Both the position numbers and the translations under genes were made by a program. A stretch of 64,000 nucleotides of DNA from Bacteroidota bacterium (lineage in GTDB: Bacteria > Bacteroidota > Bacteroidia > Chitinophagales > Chitinophagaceae), in NCBI GenBank assembly GCA_016868815.1, contig VGFQ01000013.1, forward strand, positions 3,746-67,745. Direction: 5' to 3'. Below, one piece after another: positions 26,568 to 37,041 of this stretch; position 1 is the stretch's first letter; every line of letters starts with the position of its first letter. The notes under the pieces are model-generated. The model searched no databases and had not been told where the DNA came from. It saw nothing but the letters and a program-made list of their open reading frames with translations.

Positions 26568-29500
26568 TCACCAGAGCCCTCCCACGCCGGCCTGCCACAT
26601 CGCCTTCTCGAGGGCCGGAATGCGCTCCTGGAGCAAGGTTTCTCCCTGCTTTTTCAGCAGTTGCCACTGCGCATCATATTCTTTTTTCAGGTCCAACGAG
26701 GGCTGGTTGATGCGGGGGATGTCGCTCTCCGTCTGGTTGAGGAGGAACATGTAGTTCGCGGTAAAGCGGTTGGGGAAGTTTTCTACGTCATCGTAGGCCT
26801 TCGACTTGCGCTGCACCATCTCTTCGTCCCAGGCTTTCAGATCCCGGAGGAGTTGGTCGGCCATCTGGAGGATGGCTGCTTTGGAGGGTTCGGCACGCAG
26901 CGACTTGACGAGTTCGGCCAGCCGCGACTGTTTGGAGTGGAGGGTGTTGACGAGCTGGTGCATGTCGGTGACCTGCTGCTCCAACTGGCTCATCACCTCA
27001 TCGTAGCGGGCGTAGTCGGCATCGCTGACGGGATAGAGGGGATTGCGTAGGATCTGTGCCTCGGTGGAAAGGCTGCGCCCATCGGCAGTCCGCAGCGTAA
27101 AGGTGTAGCTGCCGGGCCGGGCCTTGTGGCCGTTGAAGCTGCTCTCGATGTATACGTTGGGGATGCCGGGGAGGGTGCGATGGCGCATGTTCCAGACGAA
27201 GCGGTTGAGGCCTGCCTGGCGTGAGAGCTGCGGGTCTCGCGCCGGGGCGCCGTCGTAGCGCTGGTATAGGCTGTCGGGTCTGGAATGGAAGCGGCACAAG
27301 AGGTGGCCCTGCGCATCGCGGATGTCAAGGGTGAGATGGGTGGTGTCGTTGAGTGTCGGAAGCTGATAGTAAATGACGACGCCGTTGGCGGGGTTCACGC
27401 CGCTATATGCCGAGGCGCCGCTGAAGCCGGGGTCATTGCCGTTGAGGGGGCTGCCGCCAGTGGCCAGGTAGGCGTCTTCGGGCTGGTAGAGGGCGATGGA
27501 GTCGGCTGTTGGATGGTACTGCCGCAGCAAGCTGAGGTCGTCGAGGATCCAGAAAGAACGGCCGGAGGTGGCGGCGATGAGGTCGCCCTGGTGTACGCGG
27601 AGGTCGGTGATGGGGGTCACGGGGAGGTTGAGCTGGAAACGCGACCATTCGGCCCCTCCGTTCCAGGAGATGAAGAGTCCCAGCTCGGTGCCGGCGAAGA
27701 GGAGTCCTTTGCGAACCTGGTCTTCACGGACTACGCGGGTGAAGGCCCCTGCGGGGATGCCGTTGTCGATACGTGTCCAAGACTTACCGTAGTCGGTGGT
27801 GCGATAAAGGCCGGGCCGATGGTCATTGAATTTATACCGGGTGGTGGCGATGTAGGCGGTGGCCTTGTCGTGCGGCGAGGCTTCGATGGCGTTGATGAGG
27901 CATTCCGGCAGTCCGGCGGGGGTGACATTTTGCCAGGTGGCGCCACCATCGCGTGTGAGGTGCACAAGCCCATCGTCGCTGCCCGTCCAGAGGACGCCTT
28001 TCTCATGTGGCGACTCCAATACGTAGCTGAGGGTGCCGTAGTTTTCTGCGCCGACCGCCTCGTTGGTATAGGGCACGCCAGGGCGTCCCTGTTTGGTTGT
28101 GTCGTCGCGGGTGAGGTCAGGCGATGCCTCGGTCCAGGTGCGGCCCATGTCTCGTGTGCGGAGTAGCCGCTGTGCGCCGTGGTAGAAGGTGCCCGGCTCA
28201 TGCTTCGACCATATGATGGGAGCGTTCCAGTTGAAGCGGTAGCGGCAGTCTTTAGCGTCGCGGCCCAGGTACTGGATGGGGGCGGCCATGATGTTGGTGG
28301 AAGCGTTGGCACGGGTGTCGAGGATTTCGATGGTGCCCTGGTAGCTGCCGCCCATGACGAGATGGGGCGAGTCAGGGTTGAAAGCCAGGAAGGCGCTCTC
28401 GCCGCCAGCGGATGCCGCCCAGCTAGTGGTTCCGATGCCATAGCCGCCGAACTCGCGGTGGGCGATGGAGAGGGAACTGTTGTCTTGCTGGCCGCCATAA
28501 ATGCGGTAGGGAAATCCGTTGTCGACGTTGATGCGATAGATCTGGGCGGTGGGCATATTGGACTGTGTGCTCCAGGAGCGGCCACTGTTGAAGGTGATCA
28601 CCGAGCCGCCGTCATCGGAGAGGATCATGTTTTTCGGATTGGCGGGGTTGATCCATAGGTCGTGGTGGTCGCCGTGCTCTGTGTCGAGCCGCTCCCAGCT
28701 ACGGCCGCCGTCTTTGGACCGCAGGGCGGGAGCGCTTAGGACGTAGACGGTGTTCTCGTCGACTGGGTCTGCGAAGACCTCTATGTAGTACCAGGCGCGC
28801 TGGATGAGGCGGTGGTCACTACTGATCCGCGACCAGCTGTCGCCAGCGTCGGTGGAGACAAAAAGCCCGCCTTTCTCTTGCTCAGAGTCGCTTTCGATGA
28901 GGGCGTATACTTTTTCGGGGTTGGATCGGCAGACGGAGACGGCCATCTTACCCATCTCTTTCGGCAGGCCGCGAGTGAGGCGCGTCCAGGTCTCGCCACC
29001 GTCGACCGACTTGTAGAGGCCGCTGCCGGGGCCGCCGGAGGTGATGCGCCAGGGCTCGCGGCCATGCTCCCACATGACGGCGTAAAGCACGCGGGGGTTG
29101 GTCAAGTCCATCGACAGTTCGGCACAGCCGGTGCGGTCATCGACGTAGAGAATCTTCTTCCAAGACTTGCCTCCGTCAGTACTCTTAAAGATGCCGCGCT
29201 CTTCGGAACGACCGTAGAGGGCGCCCTGTGCGGCGACGAACAGGGTGTTCTCATCCCGTGGATGGACGACGATACGGGAGATATGCTGCGTCTTCTCTAG
29301 GCCGAGGTTCGTCCATGTCTTGCCCGCGTCGGTTGACTTGTAGACGCCATCGCCATGATGTGTCATGACGCCACGGATGGCATGTTCGCCCATGCCGACA
29401 TAGACGACGTTGGCGTCGGTGCCGGCAACCGCGATGGCGCCGACAGAGCCGGTCCGGAAGTATCCATCTGAGATGTTCTTCCAAGTGATGCCCATGTCGT

Positions 29501-29738
29501 CAGTCTTCCACAGCCCACCGCCTGTAGTACCCATGTAGTAGGTGAGGATATCCCCCGGCACACCGGTGGCAGCATTGGCGCGGCCACCGCGGAAGGGGCC
29601 TATGGAACGCCATTTGAGCGGCTTGAAGGCATTGTCGAGGTCTGGCTTAGGCGGTACAGGCGGCGATGATGATTTCTTCGGTTGAGCGTTGCCGTCAGTG
29701 ACAGCGGCGAGGAGCAGGAAGATGACCAGCCATCTCAT
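26568..29738 (-). CDS. Secreted VPS10/BNR (Asp-box) beta-propeller protein, putative glycosyl hydrolase
   Basis: Signal peptide, [11 protein letters not shown], many S-x-D-x-G-x-T/S-W Asp boxes and a C-terminal coiled coil. Confidence 0.85.
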   Translation of the reverse strand: MRWLVIFLLLAAVTDGNAQPKKSSSPPVPPKPDLDNAFKPLKWRSIGPFRGGRANAATGVPGDILTYYMGTTGGGLWKTDDMGITWKNISDGYFRTGSVGAIAVAGTDANVVYVGMGEHAIRGVMTHHGDGVYKSTDAGKTWTNLGLEKTQHISRIVVHPRDENTLFVAAQGALYGRSEERGIFKSTDGGKSWKKILYVDDRTGCAELSMDLTNPRVLYAVMWEHGREPWRITSGGPGSGLYKSVDGGETWTRLTRGLPKEMGKMAVSVCRSNPEKVYALIESDSEQEKGGLFVSTDAGDSWSRISSDHRLIQRAWYYIEVFADPVDENTVYVLSAPALRSKDGGRSWERLDTEHGDHHDLWINPANPKNMILSDDGGSVITFNSGRSWSTQSNMPTAQIYRINVDNGFPYRIYGGQQDNSSLSIAHREFGGYGIGTTSWAASAGGESAFLAFNPDSPHLVMGGSYQGTIEILDTRANASTNIMAAPIQYLGRDAKDCRYRFNWNAPIIWSKHEPGTFYHGAQRLLRTRDMGRTWTEASPDLTRDDTTKQGRPGVPYTNEAVGAENYGTLSYVLESPHEKGVLWTGSDDGLVHLTRDGGATWQNVTPAGLPECLINAIEASPHDKATAYIATTRYKFNDHRPGLYRTTDYGKSWTRIDNGIPAGAFTRVVREDQVRKGLLFAGTELGLFISWNGGAEWSRFQLNLPVTPITDLRVHQGDLIAATSGRSFWILDDLSLLRQYHPTADSIALYQPEDAYLATGGSPLNGNDPGFSGASAYSGVNPANGVVIYYQLPTLNDTTHLTLDIRDAQGHLLCRFHSRPDSLYQRYDGAPARDPQLSRQAGLNRFVWNMRHRTLPGIPNVYIESSFNGHKARPGSYTFTLRTADGRSLSTEAQILRNPLYPVSDADYARYDEVMSQLEQQVTDMHQLVNTLHSKQSRLAELVKSLRAEPSKAAILQMADQLLRDLKAWDEEMVQRKSKAYDDVENFPNRFTANYMFLLNQTESDIPRINQPSLDLKKEYDAQWQLLKKQGETLLQERIPALEKAMWQAGVGGLW

Positions 29739-29817
29739 GAGCAGGATGTTTAATTTATTTCGCGATAAAGATCTTTGTACAGGACGGACATCCCCTTGTA
29801 AGGAACATCGTAAAGCC

Positions 29818-30288
29818 TCACATGCCGGGTAAGAGCGGGCGGCCGACTTCGGGCAGGAATGGCCAGGGCATACGGATTAGGATCAGCACCAGGGCGATGA
29901 GGAACAACCAGAATGCCTTTTTGTATTTCACTGCATCCGCCAGTGGCTTTTTTGCCATGCCATAGGCCAGGGTGACCAGCAGGATGGCGATGATCATGTT
30001 GACGGGGTGTTCCAACTGGTAGTATCGATAGAAAGGATTCTTCATCATCGACACGCCTTCAGGCCGCTCATGAGACAGCAGTCCATAGCGGCCCGCCAGC
30101 CATTGGTACAGGCCCAGCAGTAGAGTGAGGTGCGAGGCGATCATGGTGAACAACCAGATCTTCCGGTCGCCGGCGGAGAAGGTTCGGCCCTTTTTCCAAC
30201 CGGTATAGCTGTTAAAGGTGCTGAGCACGAGCAGAAGGAGAATGACCCAGCGCAGCAGGTTGTGCAGGTGGAGGAGTCCGGTTTCCAT
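29818..30288 (-). CDS. Conserved 4-TM membrane protein of unknown function
   Basis: [10 protein letters not shown] start, H-x-x-LLLG and EHP..MIIA motifs, four hydrophobic segments. Confidence 0.75.
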   Translation of the reverse strand: METGLLHLHNLLRWVILLLLVLSTFNSYTGWKKGRTFSAGDRKIWLFTMIASHLTLLLGLYQWLAGRYGLLSHERPEGVSMMKNPFYRYYQLEHPVNMIIAILLVTLAYGMAKKPLADAVKYKKAFWLFLIALVLILIRMPWPFLPEVGRPLLPGM

Positions 30289-30343
30289 TTGTTGGAAGTT
30301 TGTAAGTGTCGTCTAAATTATGCCCTGGGGATGGATCGCTCAA

Positions 30344-30574
30344 CTATTTTTTCAGGAGATCCACGCAAAGAGCCGGAGGGCTTCGTCTGGCTGGAACAGC
30401 TAGGTGCCGGGGTTCATCGTGGCAGCAGTGCCGCAGGCTACGCCCATCCGGAGAGCTTCGGAGCGGGAGCGGCCCTCTTGCAGCGACCAGGCCGGCTATC
30501 ATGCTGTCACCGGCCCCGACGGTGCTTTTATAGGGTACGACCGGGGCGGGGTTGAGGATGACGGTGAGGATCAT
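30344..30574 (-). pseudogene. Remnant of a 1-phosphofructokinase-family (PfkB) hexose kinase, internally deleted, frameshifted and with a nonsense codon
   Basis: N-terminal MILTVILNPA is joined directly to the C-terminal STVGAGDSMIAG. In a shifted frame it continues WSLQEGRSRSEALRMGVACGTAATMNPGT*LFQPDEALRLFAWIS. Confidence 0.85.
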
Positions 30575-31557
30575 CGTGCGGGATTTCCCGGTGTCTCGCT
30601 GGCTTGGAAGAGGCTGTCGACAAAGGCCTCTCTGTCAAAGGGCAGCAGGTCTTCCATCTTCTCCCCTACCCCTATGAAGCGGACGGGAATATGAAACTGG
30701 CTAGCGATGGCCAGGACGACGCCGCCTTTGGCGGTGCCATCGAGTTTGGTGATGGCCAGCCCTGTTACCTGTGTGGCGGCGGTGAAATGCCGGGCCTGCT
30801 CGATGGCGTTCTGACCGGTGGAGCCGTCGAGGACCAGCAGTACTTCCTGCGGGGCCTCGGGGATGACCTTCTGGATGACGCGGCGGATCTTGGAGAGTTC
30901 ATCCATGAGGTGGGCCTTGTTATGCAGGCGGCCGGCAGTATCGATGAGTACGATGTCGCTGCCGCGTGCCAGCGCGCTTTGGACGGTGTCGAAGGCTACG
31001 GAGGCGGGGTCGCTGCCCATCTCCTTCTTGACGATGGGTACGCCCGTCCGTTCGCTCCAGATGGTGAGCTGGTCGACGGCGGCCGCCCGGAAGGTGTCGG
31101 CCGCACCCAGCAGCACCGACTTGCCAGCAGCCTGGAAGTTATGGGCAAGCTTCCCGATGGTGGTCGTCTTTCCGACGCCGTTGACGCCCACGACGAGAAT
31201 GACGAAGGGCTTTCCGCCGGTTGCCGCCAGAGCATAGGCGTCGGCGGCACTGCCGGAGCTGTCTGATAGGAGGGCGGCTGTCTCCTCCCGCAGCAGTCGC
31301 TGCAGGTCGGAGGGCTTAGCATCCTTCTCGCGGCGCAGCCGGGCTTGGATGCCTTCTATGATGCGAACCGTCGTGTCGATGCCGGCATCGGCGCTGATGA
31401 GGGCCTCCTCTATCTCCTCCATCATCGCCTCATCGATGGCAGTGCGGCCTGTGACAGCACGTGCGAGCCGGCTCAGGAAGCCTTCCCGCGTCTTGCCCAT
31501 CCCGGCGACGAGGCTGTCGCGCTCCTTCCTTCCAAAGATCCTGTCGAAAATTCCCAT
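30571..31557 (-). CDS. ftsY: Signal recognition particle receptor FtsY
   Basis: GVNGVGKTTTIGKLA, DTFRAAA, DTAGR, DGSTGQN and TKLDGTAKGG. The start was set at MGIFDRIFG. Confidence 0.96.
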   Translation of the reverse strand: MGIFDRIFGRKERDSLVAGMGKTREGFLSRLARAVTGRTAIDEAMMEEIEEALISADAGIDTTVRIIEGIQARLRREKDAKPSDLQRLLREETAALLSDSSGSAADAYALAATGGKPFVILVVGVNGVGKTTTIGKLAHNFQAAGKSVLLGAADTFRAAAVDQLTIWSERTGVPIVKKEMGSDPASVAFDTVQSALARGSDIVLIDTAGRLHNKAHLMDELSKIRRVIQKVIPEAPQEVLLVLDGSTGQNAIEQARHFTAATQVTGLAITKLDGTAKGGVVLAIASQFHIPVRFIGVGEKMEDLLPFDREAFVDSLFQASETPGNPAR

Positions 31558-31567
31558 CTGGTAAAGT

Positions 31568-32107
31568 TCAGTCTTGGATGTCGAATCGCATGAGGTAGTC
31601 TTCGGTCGTCTGATCACCGAGGACGAAATGGGCCGTCTCAAATATTTCAAAGCCTCTGGAGCGGTAGAAGCCGATGGCCTCCGGGTTCTGCTGCCATACT
31701 TGCAGCCAGACGGTCTTATGGCCGGCAGCCCGGGCTTCTTCGATGGCAAGGGAGAGGAGGGTGCTGCCGAGGCCGGCTCCCTGAAAGCGCCGGAGCACAT
31801 AGATGCGTTCTACCTGCAGGCATGGCCATCCGGATGGCAGGCCCTTAGGCAGCCGGTCACGCCGAAGCTTCAGATACCCGGCGGGTTCGGCACCAATGTA
31901 GGCAAGGTGGAAGGTGGATTCGGGCGCTGCAAGCTCTGCCCGGAAGCGGTCGAGCGTGAGGTGCGCATCGAGATAGCACTGCAGGTCGAGGGGGTTTGTG
32001 CGACCACCATAGGTTTCCTCAAAGGTGGTGCGGGCCAGGGCCGTGAGCAGACCCACCTCAGAAGGGGTTATCTGGGAGATGTAGGGGGATGGCGTCTCCA
32101 TCGTCAT
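31568..32107 (-). CDS. GNAT N-acetyltransferase (PaiA-like)
   Basis: RTTFEETY, VERIYVLRRFQGAGLG and VWLQVWQQNPEAIGFY. Confidence 0.88.
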   Translation of the reverse strand: MTMETPSPYISQITPSEVGLLTALARTTFEETYGGRTNPLDLQCYLDAHLTLDRFRAELAAPESTFHLAYIGAEPAGYLKLRRDRLPKGLPSGWPCLQVERIYVLRRFQGAGLGSTLLSLAIEEARAAGHKTVWLQVWQQNPEAIGFYRSRGFEIFETAHFVLGDQTTEDYLMRFDIQD

Positions 32108-32174
32108 GAAAATGAAAAAGCTGTTCCATCGATGGGTGGAACAGCTCTGTCAAGCCTGGACATCGTAAGTACAG

Positions 32175-32345
32175 TTACTGGGCCAGGAATTCCTTGATTT
32201 TATCCTTGTGGATAATGGTCTCTTTGAAGGTGTAGGCGCCCGTCTTGGGACTGCGAACGGCTTTGATCACCTTAGTCCAATTCTTGGCCTCGGCGGCCGC
32301 CTTCTGGTCTTTTGTTTTGATGGCTGTCTTAGCTTGCTTGGCCAT
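32175..32345 (-). CDS. DUF4295 family small basic protein (Bacteroidota ribosomal protein bL38), not in the ORF track
   Basis: Hand translation (56 aa): MAKQAKTAIKTKDQKAAAEAKNWTKVIKAVRSPKTGAYTFKETIIHKDKIKEFLAQ. The K..KSPKTGAY.F signature and the position directly after rpmG both fit. Confidence 0.88.
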   Translation of the reverse strand: MAKQAKTAIKTKDQKAAAEAKNWTKVIKAVRSPKTGAYTFKETIIHKDKIKEFLAQ

Positions 32346-32348
32346 GGC

Positions 32349-32534
32349 TTACTTTATTTCCTTGTGGAGAGTGACTTTTTTCAGCATGGGATTGTACTTC
32401 TTGAGTTCGAGCCGCTCAGGAGTGTTCTTCTTGTTCTTGGTCGTGATATAGCGACTGGTGCCTGCCAAGCCGCTATTCTTGTGCTCCGTGCACTCCAGAA
32501 TCACTTGCACCCGGGCCCCTTTCTTAGCTGCCAT
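32349..32534 (-). CDS. rpmG: 50S ribosomal protein L33
   Basis: [11 protein letters not shown]...[23 protein letters not shown]. Confidence 0.97.
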   Translation of the reverse strand: MAAKKGARVQVILECTEHKNSGLAGTSRYITTKNKKNTPERLELKKYNPMLKKVTLHKEIK

Positions 32535-32561
32535 GTGTAATGGTTTATTGAGGGTGTAATA

Positions 32562-32798
32562 TCAAATATGCATTCCGGCTGCCCGCAGCTCTTTCACTAC
32601 TGGGTAGAGGCCGTTCTTATTGATGGTCCGGATGGCATCCACTGACAATTTTAGCGTGACCCATTTGTCTTCTTCAGCAAGGAAGAAGCGCTTGGTTTGA
32701 AGGTTGGGAAGAAAGCGGCGCTTCGACTTGATATTCGAATGCGAGACCTTATGGCCCGTGACCGGCTTTTTTCCTGTGACCTGACATATTCTGGACAT
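32562..32798 (-). CDS. rpmB: 50S ribosomal protein L28
   Basis: [32 protein letters not shown]. Confidence 0.97.
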   Translation of the reverse strand: MSRICQVTGKKPVTGHKVSHSNIKSKRRFLPNLQTKRFFLAEEDKWVTLKLSVDAIRTINKNGLYPVVKELRAAGMHI

Positions 32799-32993
32799 AA
32801 TCTAATACTTTTTGGGAGTGCAAAGTTGTGAAAAAAAATCGGTCTGGCAAAAAGAATCGGGGATTTTCGCTGCCAGCCCTTGAAATCTTATCGCCGGGTC
32901 TCTATTGCCACCTTTGAAGATAGGTGGTGGCCTTTACCTTTACCGGATGGACGTCGGCCGCTCTGGCGGTGTAGCCTTGCAAACATACCACCC

Positions 32994-33293
32994 ATGAATA
33001 AGTTTCAGGAGGTCTTACAGGGAGAGAAGCCGGTGTTGGTCGATTTTTATGCCAGCTGGTGCGGCCCCTGTCAGCAGTTGGCTCCGGAGTTGAAAAAGCT
33101 GGCCGAGAGGATGGGCGACCGCATGCGGGTCATCAAAGTCGATGTCGACAAGAACCCGGATGCTGCCTCGCATTATGGTGTGCTGGGCGTGCCGACCCTG
33201 ATCCTTTTCCGCAAGGGGGAGCTGCTATGGCGCCAGAGCGGTGCAATGAGCGCCGAGCAGTTGGAGCAGATCGTCAGCGGGCTGACAGGATAA
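32994..33293 (+). CDS. trxA: Thioredoxin
   Basis: VDFYASWCGPC and GVPTLILF. The start was set at MNKFQEVL. Confidence 0.92.
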   Translation: MNKFQEVLQGEKPVLVDFYASWCGPCQQLAPELKKLAERMGDRMRVIKVDVDKNPDAASHYGVLGVPTLILFRKGELLWRQSGAMSAEQLEQIVSGLTG

Positions 33294-33382
33294 CGCTGTG
33301 GGATACCGGTGAGGGCAGTGGCGGAGCGATTAAAAGGTGTTTTTCCGCTATTTTTGCGCCCGAATCCAACCCAATCCGATTT

Positions 33383-34789
33383 ATGGCATACGACGTCATC
33401 GTCCTTGGAAGCGGCCCGGGAGGCTACCCCGCCGCCATACGCGCTTCGCAACTAGGCCTGAAAGTGGCTATCATTGAGAAAGAAAGCCTCGGAGGCGTCT
33501 GCCTCAACTGGGGCTGCATTCCGACCAAGGCCCTGCTGAAGAGCGCCCAGGTATATGAGTACATGAAGCACAGCGCCGACTATGGCATCCAGGCTACAGG
33601 CCTACAGCACGACTTCAGCGCAGTCGTCCGACGGAGCCGCGGCGTGGCCGACAAGATGAGCAAGGGCGTCCAGTTTCTCATGAAGAAGAATAAAATCGAT
33701 GTGGTGATGGGCTTTGGCAAGGTCGTCGGCAAGGGAAAAGTGCTAGTCACCGCAGCCGATGGGAAGTCGCAGACGGTCGAAGGCAAATACATCATCATCG
33801 CCACAGGAGCCCGGAGCCGCCAGCTGCCGAGCATACCCATTGATGGTAAAAAGATCATCGGGTATCGCGAGGCGATGGTACTACCGCAGCAGCCGAAGAG
33901 CATGATCGTCGTCGGCAGCGGCGCCATCGGCATCGAGTTCGCCGACTTCTACAATACCATGGGCACGAAGGTGACCATCGTGGAGTTCATGCCCCGCATC
34001 GTGCCAGTGGAGGACGAAGATGTCAGCAAGGAACTGGAAAAGCTGTTCCGGAAGAAAGGCGTCACCATCCTGACCTCCAGTGAAGTAACCGCGGTGGATA
34101 CTTCCGGCAGTAGGGTGAAGGCGACGGTGAAGGCTGCCACGGGCGAGACGATCTTAGAAGCCGACGTATTGCTCTGTGCAGTAGGCATCGCCTCCAACAT
34201 CGAAAACATAGGGCTGGAAGAGACGGGCGTGAAGGTGGAGAAGGGCCGCGTGCAGGTCGACCGCTACCAGCAGTCGAACATCGCGGGCATCTATGCCATT
34301 GGCGACTGCTCCCCCGGGCAGGCCCTGGCGCACGTCGCCAGCAAGGAAGGCATCACCGCGGCCGAGCACATCGCCTATATGGAAAAAAAGCTCTCGCACC
34401 AGCCTGAGGCGATTGACTATAACAACGTACCCGGCTGCACGTATTGCAGTCCAGAGGTAGCCTCCGTCGGCTATACGGAAAAGGCAGCCCGTGAGGCGGG
34501 CTATGAGGTGAAGGTGGGCAAGTTCCCCTTCATGGCCAGTGGCAAGGCCAGTGCGGCAGGCAGTACCGAAGGCTTTGTGAAGGTCGTCTTCGACGCGAAA
34601 TATGGGGAGTTCCTCGGTGCGCATATGATCGGGGCCGGCGTCACCGAGATGATTGCAGAGGCCGTCACGGCCCGCAAGCTGGAGACCACTCACCACGAGC
34701 TCCTTAATGCCATCCACCCTCACCCGACGCTGAGTGAGGCATTGAAAGAGGCGGTGGCAGCGGCTTACGGCGAGGCGATAGACATCTGA
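33383..34789 (+). CDS. lpdA: Dihydrolipoyl dehydrogenase
   Basis: GSGPGGY, GGVCLNWGCIPTK redox disulfide and HPTLSE. A TATTTTTG -7 box lies at 33349-33356. Confidence 0.96.
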   Translation: MAYDVIVLGSGPGGYPAAIRASQLGLKVAIIEKESLGGVCLNWGCIPTKALLKSAQVYEYMKHSADYGIQATGLQHDFSAVVRRSRGVADKMSKGVQFLMKKNKIDVVMGFGKVVGKGKVLVTAADGKSQTVEGKYIIIATGARSRQLPSIPIDGKKIIGYREAMVLPQQPKSMIVVGSGAIGIEFADFYNTMGTKVTIVEFMPRIVPVEDEDVSKELEKLFRKKGVTILTSSEVTAVDTSGSRVKATVKAATGETILEADVLLCAVGIASNIENIGLEETGVKVEKGRVQVDRYQQSNIAGIYAIGDCSPGQALAHVASKEGITAAEHIAYMEKKLSHQPEAIDYNNVPGCTYCSPEVASVGYTEKAAREAGYEVKVGKFPFMASGKASAAGSTEGFVKVVFDAKYGEFLGAHMIGAGVTEMIAEAVTARKLETTHHELLNAIHPHPTLSEALKEAVAAAYGEAIDI

Positions 34790-34798
34790 ATCTGCCTG

Positions 34799-35944
34799 TC
34801 AACGTTGCACAATCATGGTTTGCTCCTCCCTCCCCAGCCTGAGCCGGTAGATGCCGGGCGGCAGGTGGGGCAGGTCCATCCTTCCTGCGCCCATCTTATG
34901 CTGCAAGATGAATTGTCCCTCGCTATTGAATATCTGCACCTGGGTATCCGAAGGGATCCCTTCTATCTGGATATATCCGCAGGCGGGGTTGGGATAGAAG
35001 CGTGGGCGGGCAGCCTGGGCAGCCGTCAGGTTCCAGGGTTCGCCGGCGCCTTTGGAGCCGAGTATGCCCTTTCTCAGGCCATAGAACTGCTGGCGCATAA
35101 GGGCTGCCTGTCCGCGGGTGAACATCAGCAGGGCCGCGTCGTCGGATAGGTCCATAAAATTCATGAACATGTCTCCGTCGGGCCCGTTGGCGCATTCGCT
35201 GCGGAGCAGGGGGAAGGCTGGGATGCCGCGGTTGCCAGCCTTCTGGCGGGGGGTGTCGTCGATGCCATCGTCGCCGCAGGGTGTATCGCCCCAGAGGTGA
35301 CGGAGCCCCAGCCAGTGGCCGGCCTCATGGGTAAGCGTGCGTCCGAGGTTCCAGGGAGGAGAGAGCCGGCCGCGGCTGCCGAAGACGTTATAGCGTATGA
35401 CGATGCCATCTTTCGCGGCAGGGGCACCCGGGAAGCTGGAAAATCCCAGCAGGCTGGAGGAGAGGTTCCCCACCCAGATATTCAGGTAGGATTGAGGATC
35501 CCAGGGGTCACTTCCTCCTGTCTGACTGCTCTTGATGCGGTCGTCGTTGATCCATAGCAGTGCCGAGGTCTGCTTGCGCAGGATGCCGGTGGTGGGCCTG
35601 CCTTCGGGGTCGGTGGTGGCCAGGACAAAGCGGATGCCGGTGGCAGCAGACCGTGCGGCGAAAACGGAGGGCACCTGGGTGAAGTCTGCGTTGCGGCGGT
35701 CGAAGTCGGCGTTGATGGATTCGAGTTGCGAGAGAATCTGGTTATCAGATATGTTCTCTTCTGGCATGCGCCAGAGGATATGTACCACTACGGGGATGGT
35801 GATGACAGGTGGCAGGGTGGACGGGTCAGATGCCGTCTGGGCAGATGTGCTAACCGCTCCGATCGATGCGGATGCACAGCGCTCCTGGGCGGATGCTGAC
35901 ATCCAGACTATCCCGCATAGGACAAGCCCGAGAAACAACCTCAT
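34799..35944 (-). CDS. M43 family zinc metalloprotease with T9SS type A C-terminal domain
   Basis: Signal peptide, IPVVVHI, HEAGHWLGLRH, NFMD Met-turn and C-terminal YPNP...QIFN..G...LPPGIY. Confidence 0.88.
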   Translation of the reverse strand: MRLFLGLVLCGIVWMSASAQERCASASIGAVSTSAQTASDPSTLPPVITIPVVVHILWRMPEENISDNQILSQLESINADFDRRNADFTQVPSVFAARSAATGIRFVLATTDPEGRPTTGILRKQTSALLWINDDRIKSSQTGGSDPWDPQSYLNIWVGNLSSSLLGFSSFPGAPAAKDGIVIRYNVFGSRGRLSPPWNLGRTLTHEAGHWLGLRHLWGDTPCGDDGIDDTPRQKAGNRGIPAFPLLRSECANGPDGDMFMNFMDLSDDAALLMFTRGQAALMRQQFYGLRKGILGSKGAGEPWNLTAAQAARPRFYPNPACGYIQIEGIPSDTQVQIFNSEGQFILQHKMGAGRMDLPHLPPGIYRLRLGREEQTMIVQR

Positions 35945-36096
35945 TCTGTACGTTTTGGGTAAGACTGAGGTCTTTCAACAAGAAGTTGGATGGGGTCTTC
36001 AGGGAGATTGGGGAGTCGTTAGAGGTTACAAAATATGCCTTCCGCATCAGAACTGCAATGCCTGGACGCCAGCCCTGAAAAACCTAATTTTGAGAT

Positions 36097-36936
36097 ATGC
36101 AGATGCATATCTTCCGATGGATTCCTTGGCTGGCCTTCCTCACAGCCTGTGGCGGTGGTGGCAGCCCTGCGTCTGAAGGCGACGCACAGACGTCCTCGCT
36201 TGGCACGCCTCCAATTTCCTATTCCGTCGTCAACGCCTACCCCCACGACACCGCCGCCTTCACCCAGGGGCTGGAACTATACCAGGGACAGCTATATGAA
36301 AGTACCGGGCTCTCCGGCCGGTCGAGCCTGCGCATCAACGACCTGGCCACCGGCCGCGCACGGCAGCGCAAAGACCTGGCGCCTGCACTCTTCGCCGAGG
36401 GACTCACCATCTTCCGCGACACCCTCTATCAGCTGACCTGGCAGAACCACGAGGTGCTGCTCTATCGTGCCAAGGACCTCTCCTTCATCCGAAAGATGCC
36501 CTGGTCGGCCGAGGGATGGGGCCTCACGCACGACAGCAGCCGGCTGTACATCAGCGACGGGAGCGATAAGTTGTACGTCGTAAACCCCTCCGACCTGAAG
36601 CTGCAGCGCGTCCTCAGCGTGTACGACTATGCAGGGCCCGTCAATAACCTCAACGAGCTGGAATGGATCGATGGCAGCATCTATGCCAACCGATGGCAGT
36701 ACGACCATATCGTGCGCATCGACCCGGCAACGGGTCAGGTGACAGGTCGCTTGGACCTGACAGACTTGCTGAAGCGCAACACGCCGTCCAACCTCTCCTA
36801 CCTCTCCCAACCCGGATCTACGGGAGAGGTGAACGGTGCCGTCTTGAATGGCATGGCCTGGGATGCCGCGAGGGGGCGTCTGCTGGTGACGGGCAAGCTA
36901 TGGCCAGCCATCTTCGAGCTCCAGATCGATCCCTAG
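36097..36936 (+). CDS. Glutaminyl-peptide cyclotransferase (lipoprotein)
   Basis: Lipobox LTAC, YPHD..AFTQGL, YESTG, FAEG, EGWGL, LNELE, VLNG.A and VTGKLWP. Confidence 0.92.
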   Translation: MQMHIFRWIPWLAFLTACGGGGSPASEGDAQTSSLGTPPISYSVVNAYPHDTAAFTQGLELYQGQLYESTGLSGRSSLRINDLATGRARQRKDLAPALFAEGLTIFRDTLYQLTWQNHEVLLYRAKDLSFIRKMPWSAEGWGLTHDSSRLYISDGSDKLYVVNPSDLKLQRVLSVYDYAGPVNNLNELEWIDGSIYANRWQYDHIVRIDPATGQVTGRLDLTDLLKRNTPSNLSYLSQPGSTGEVNGAVLNGMAWDAARGRLLVTGKLWPAIFELQIDP

Positions 36937-37041
36937 CCATCATTTCAGATACATTGGAAAGGCTGAAGGAGAAGGCGCCACCCGTTGGCGATGGGTCATT
37001 TATGCGTTATTTTCGTGCAACTGACACGCAATCCTTGTAAT

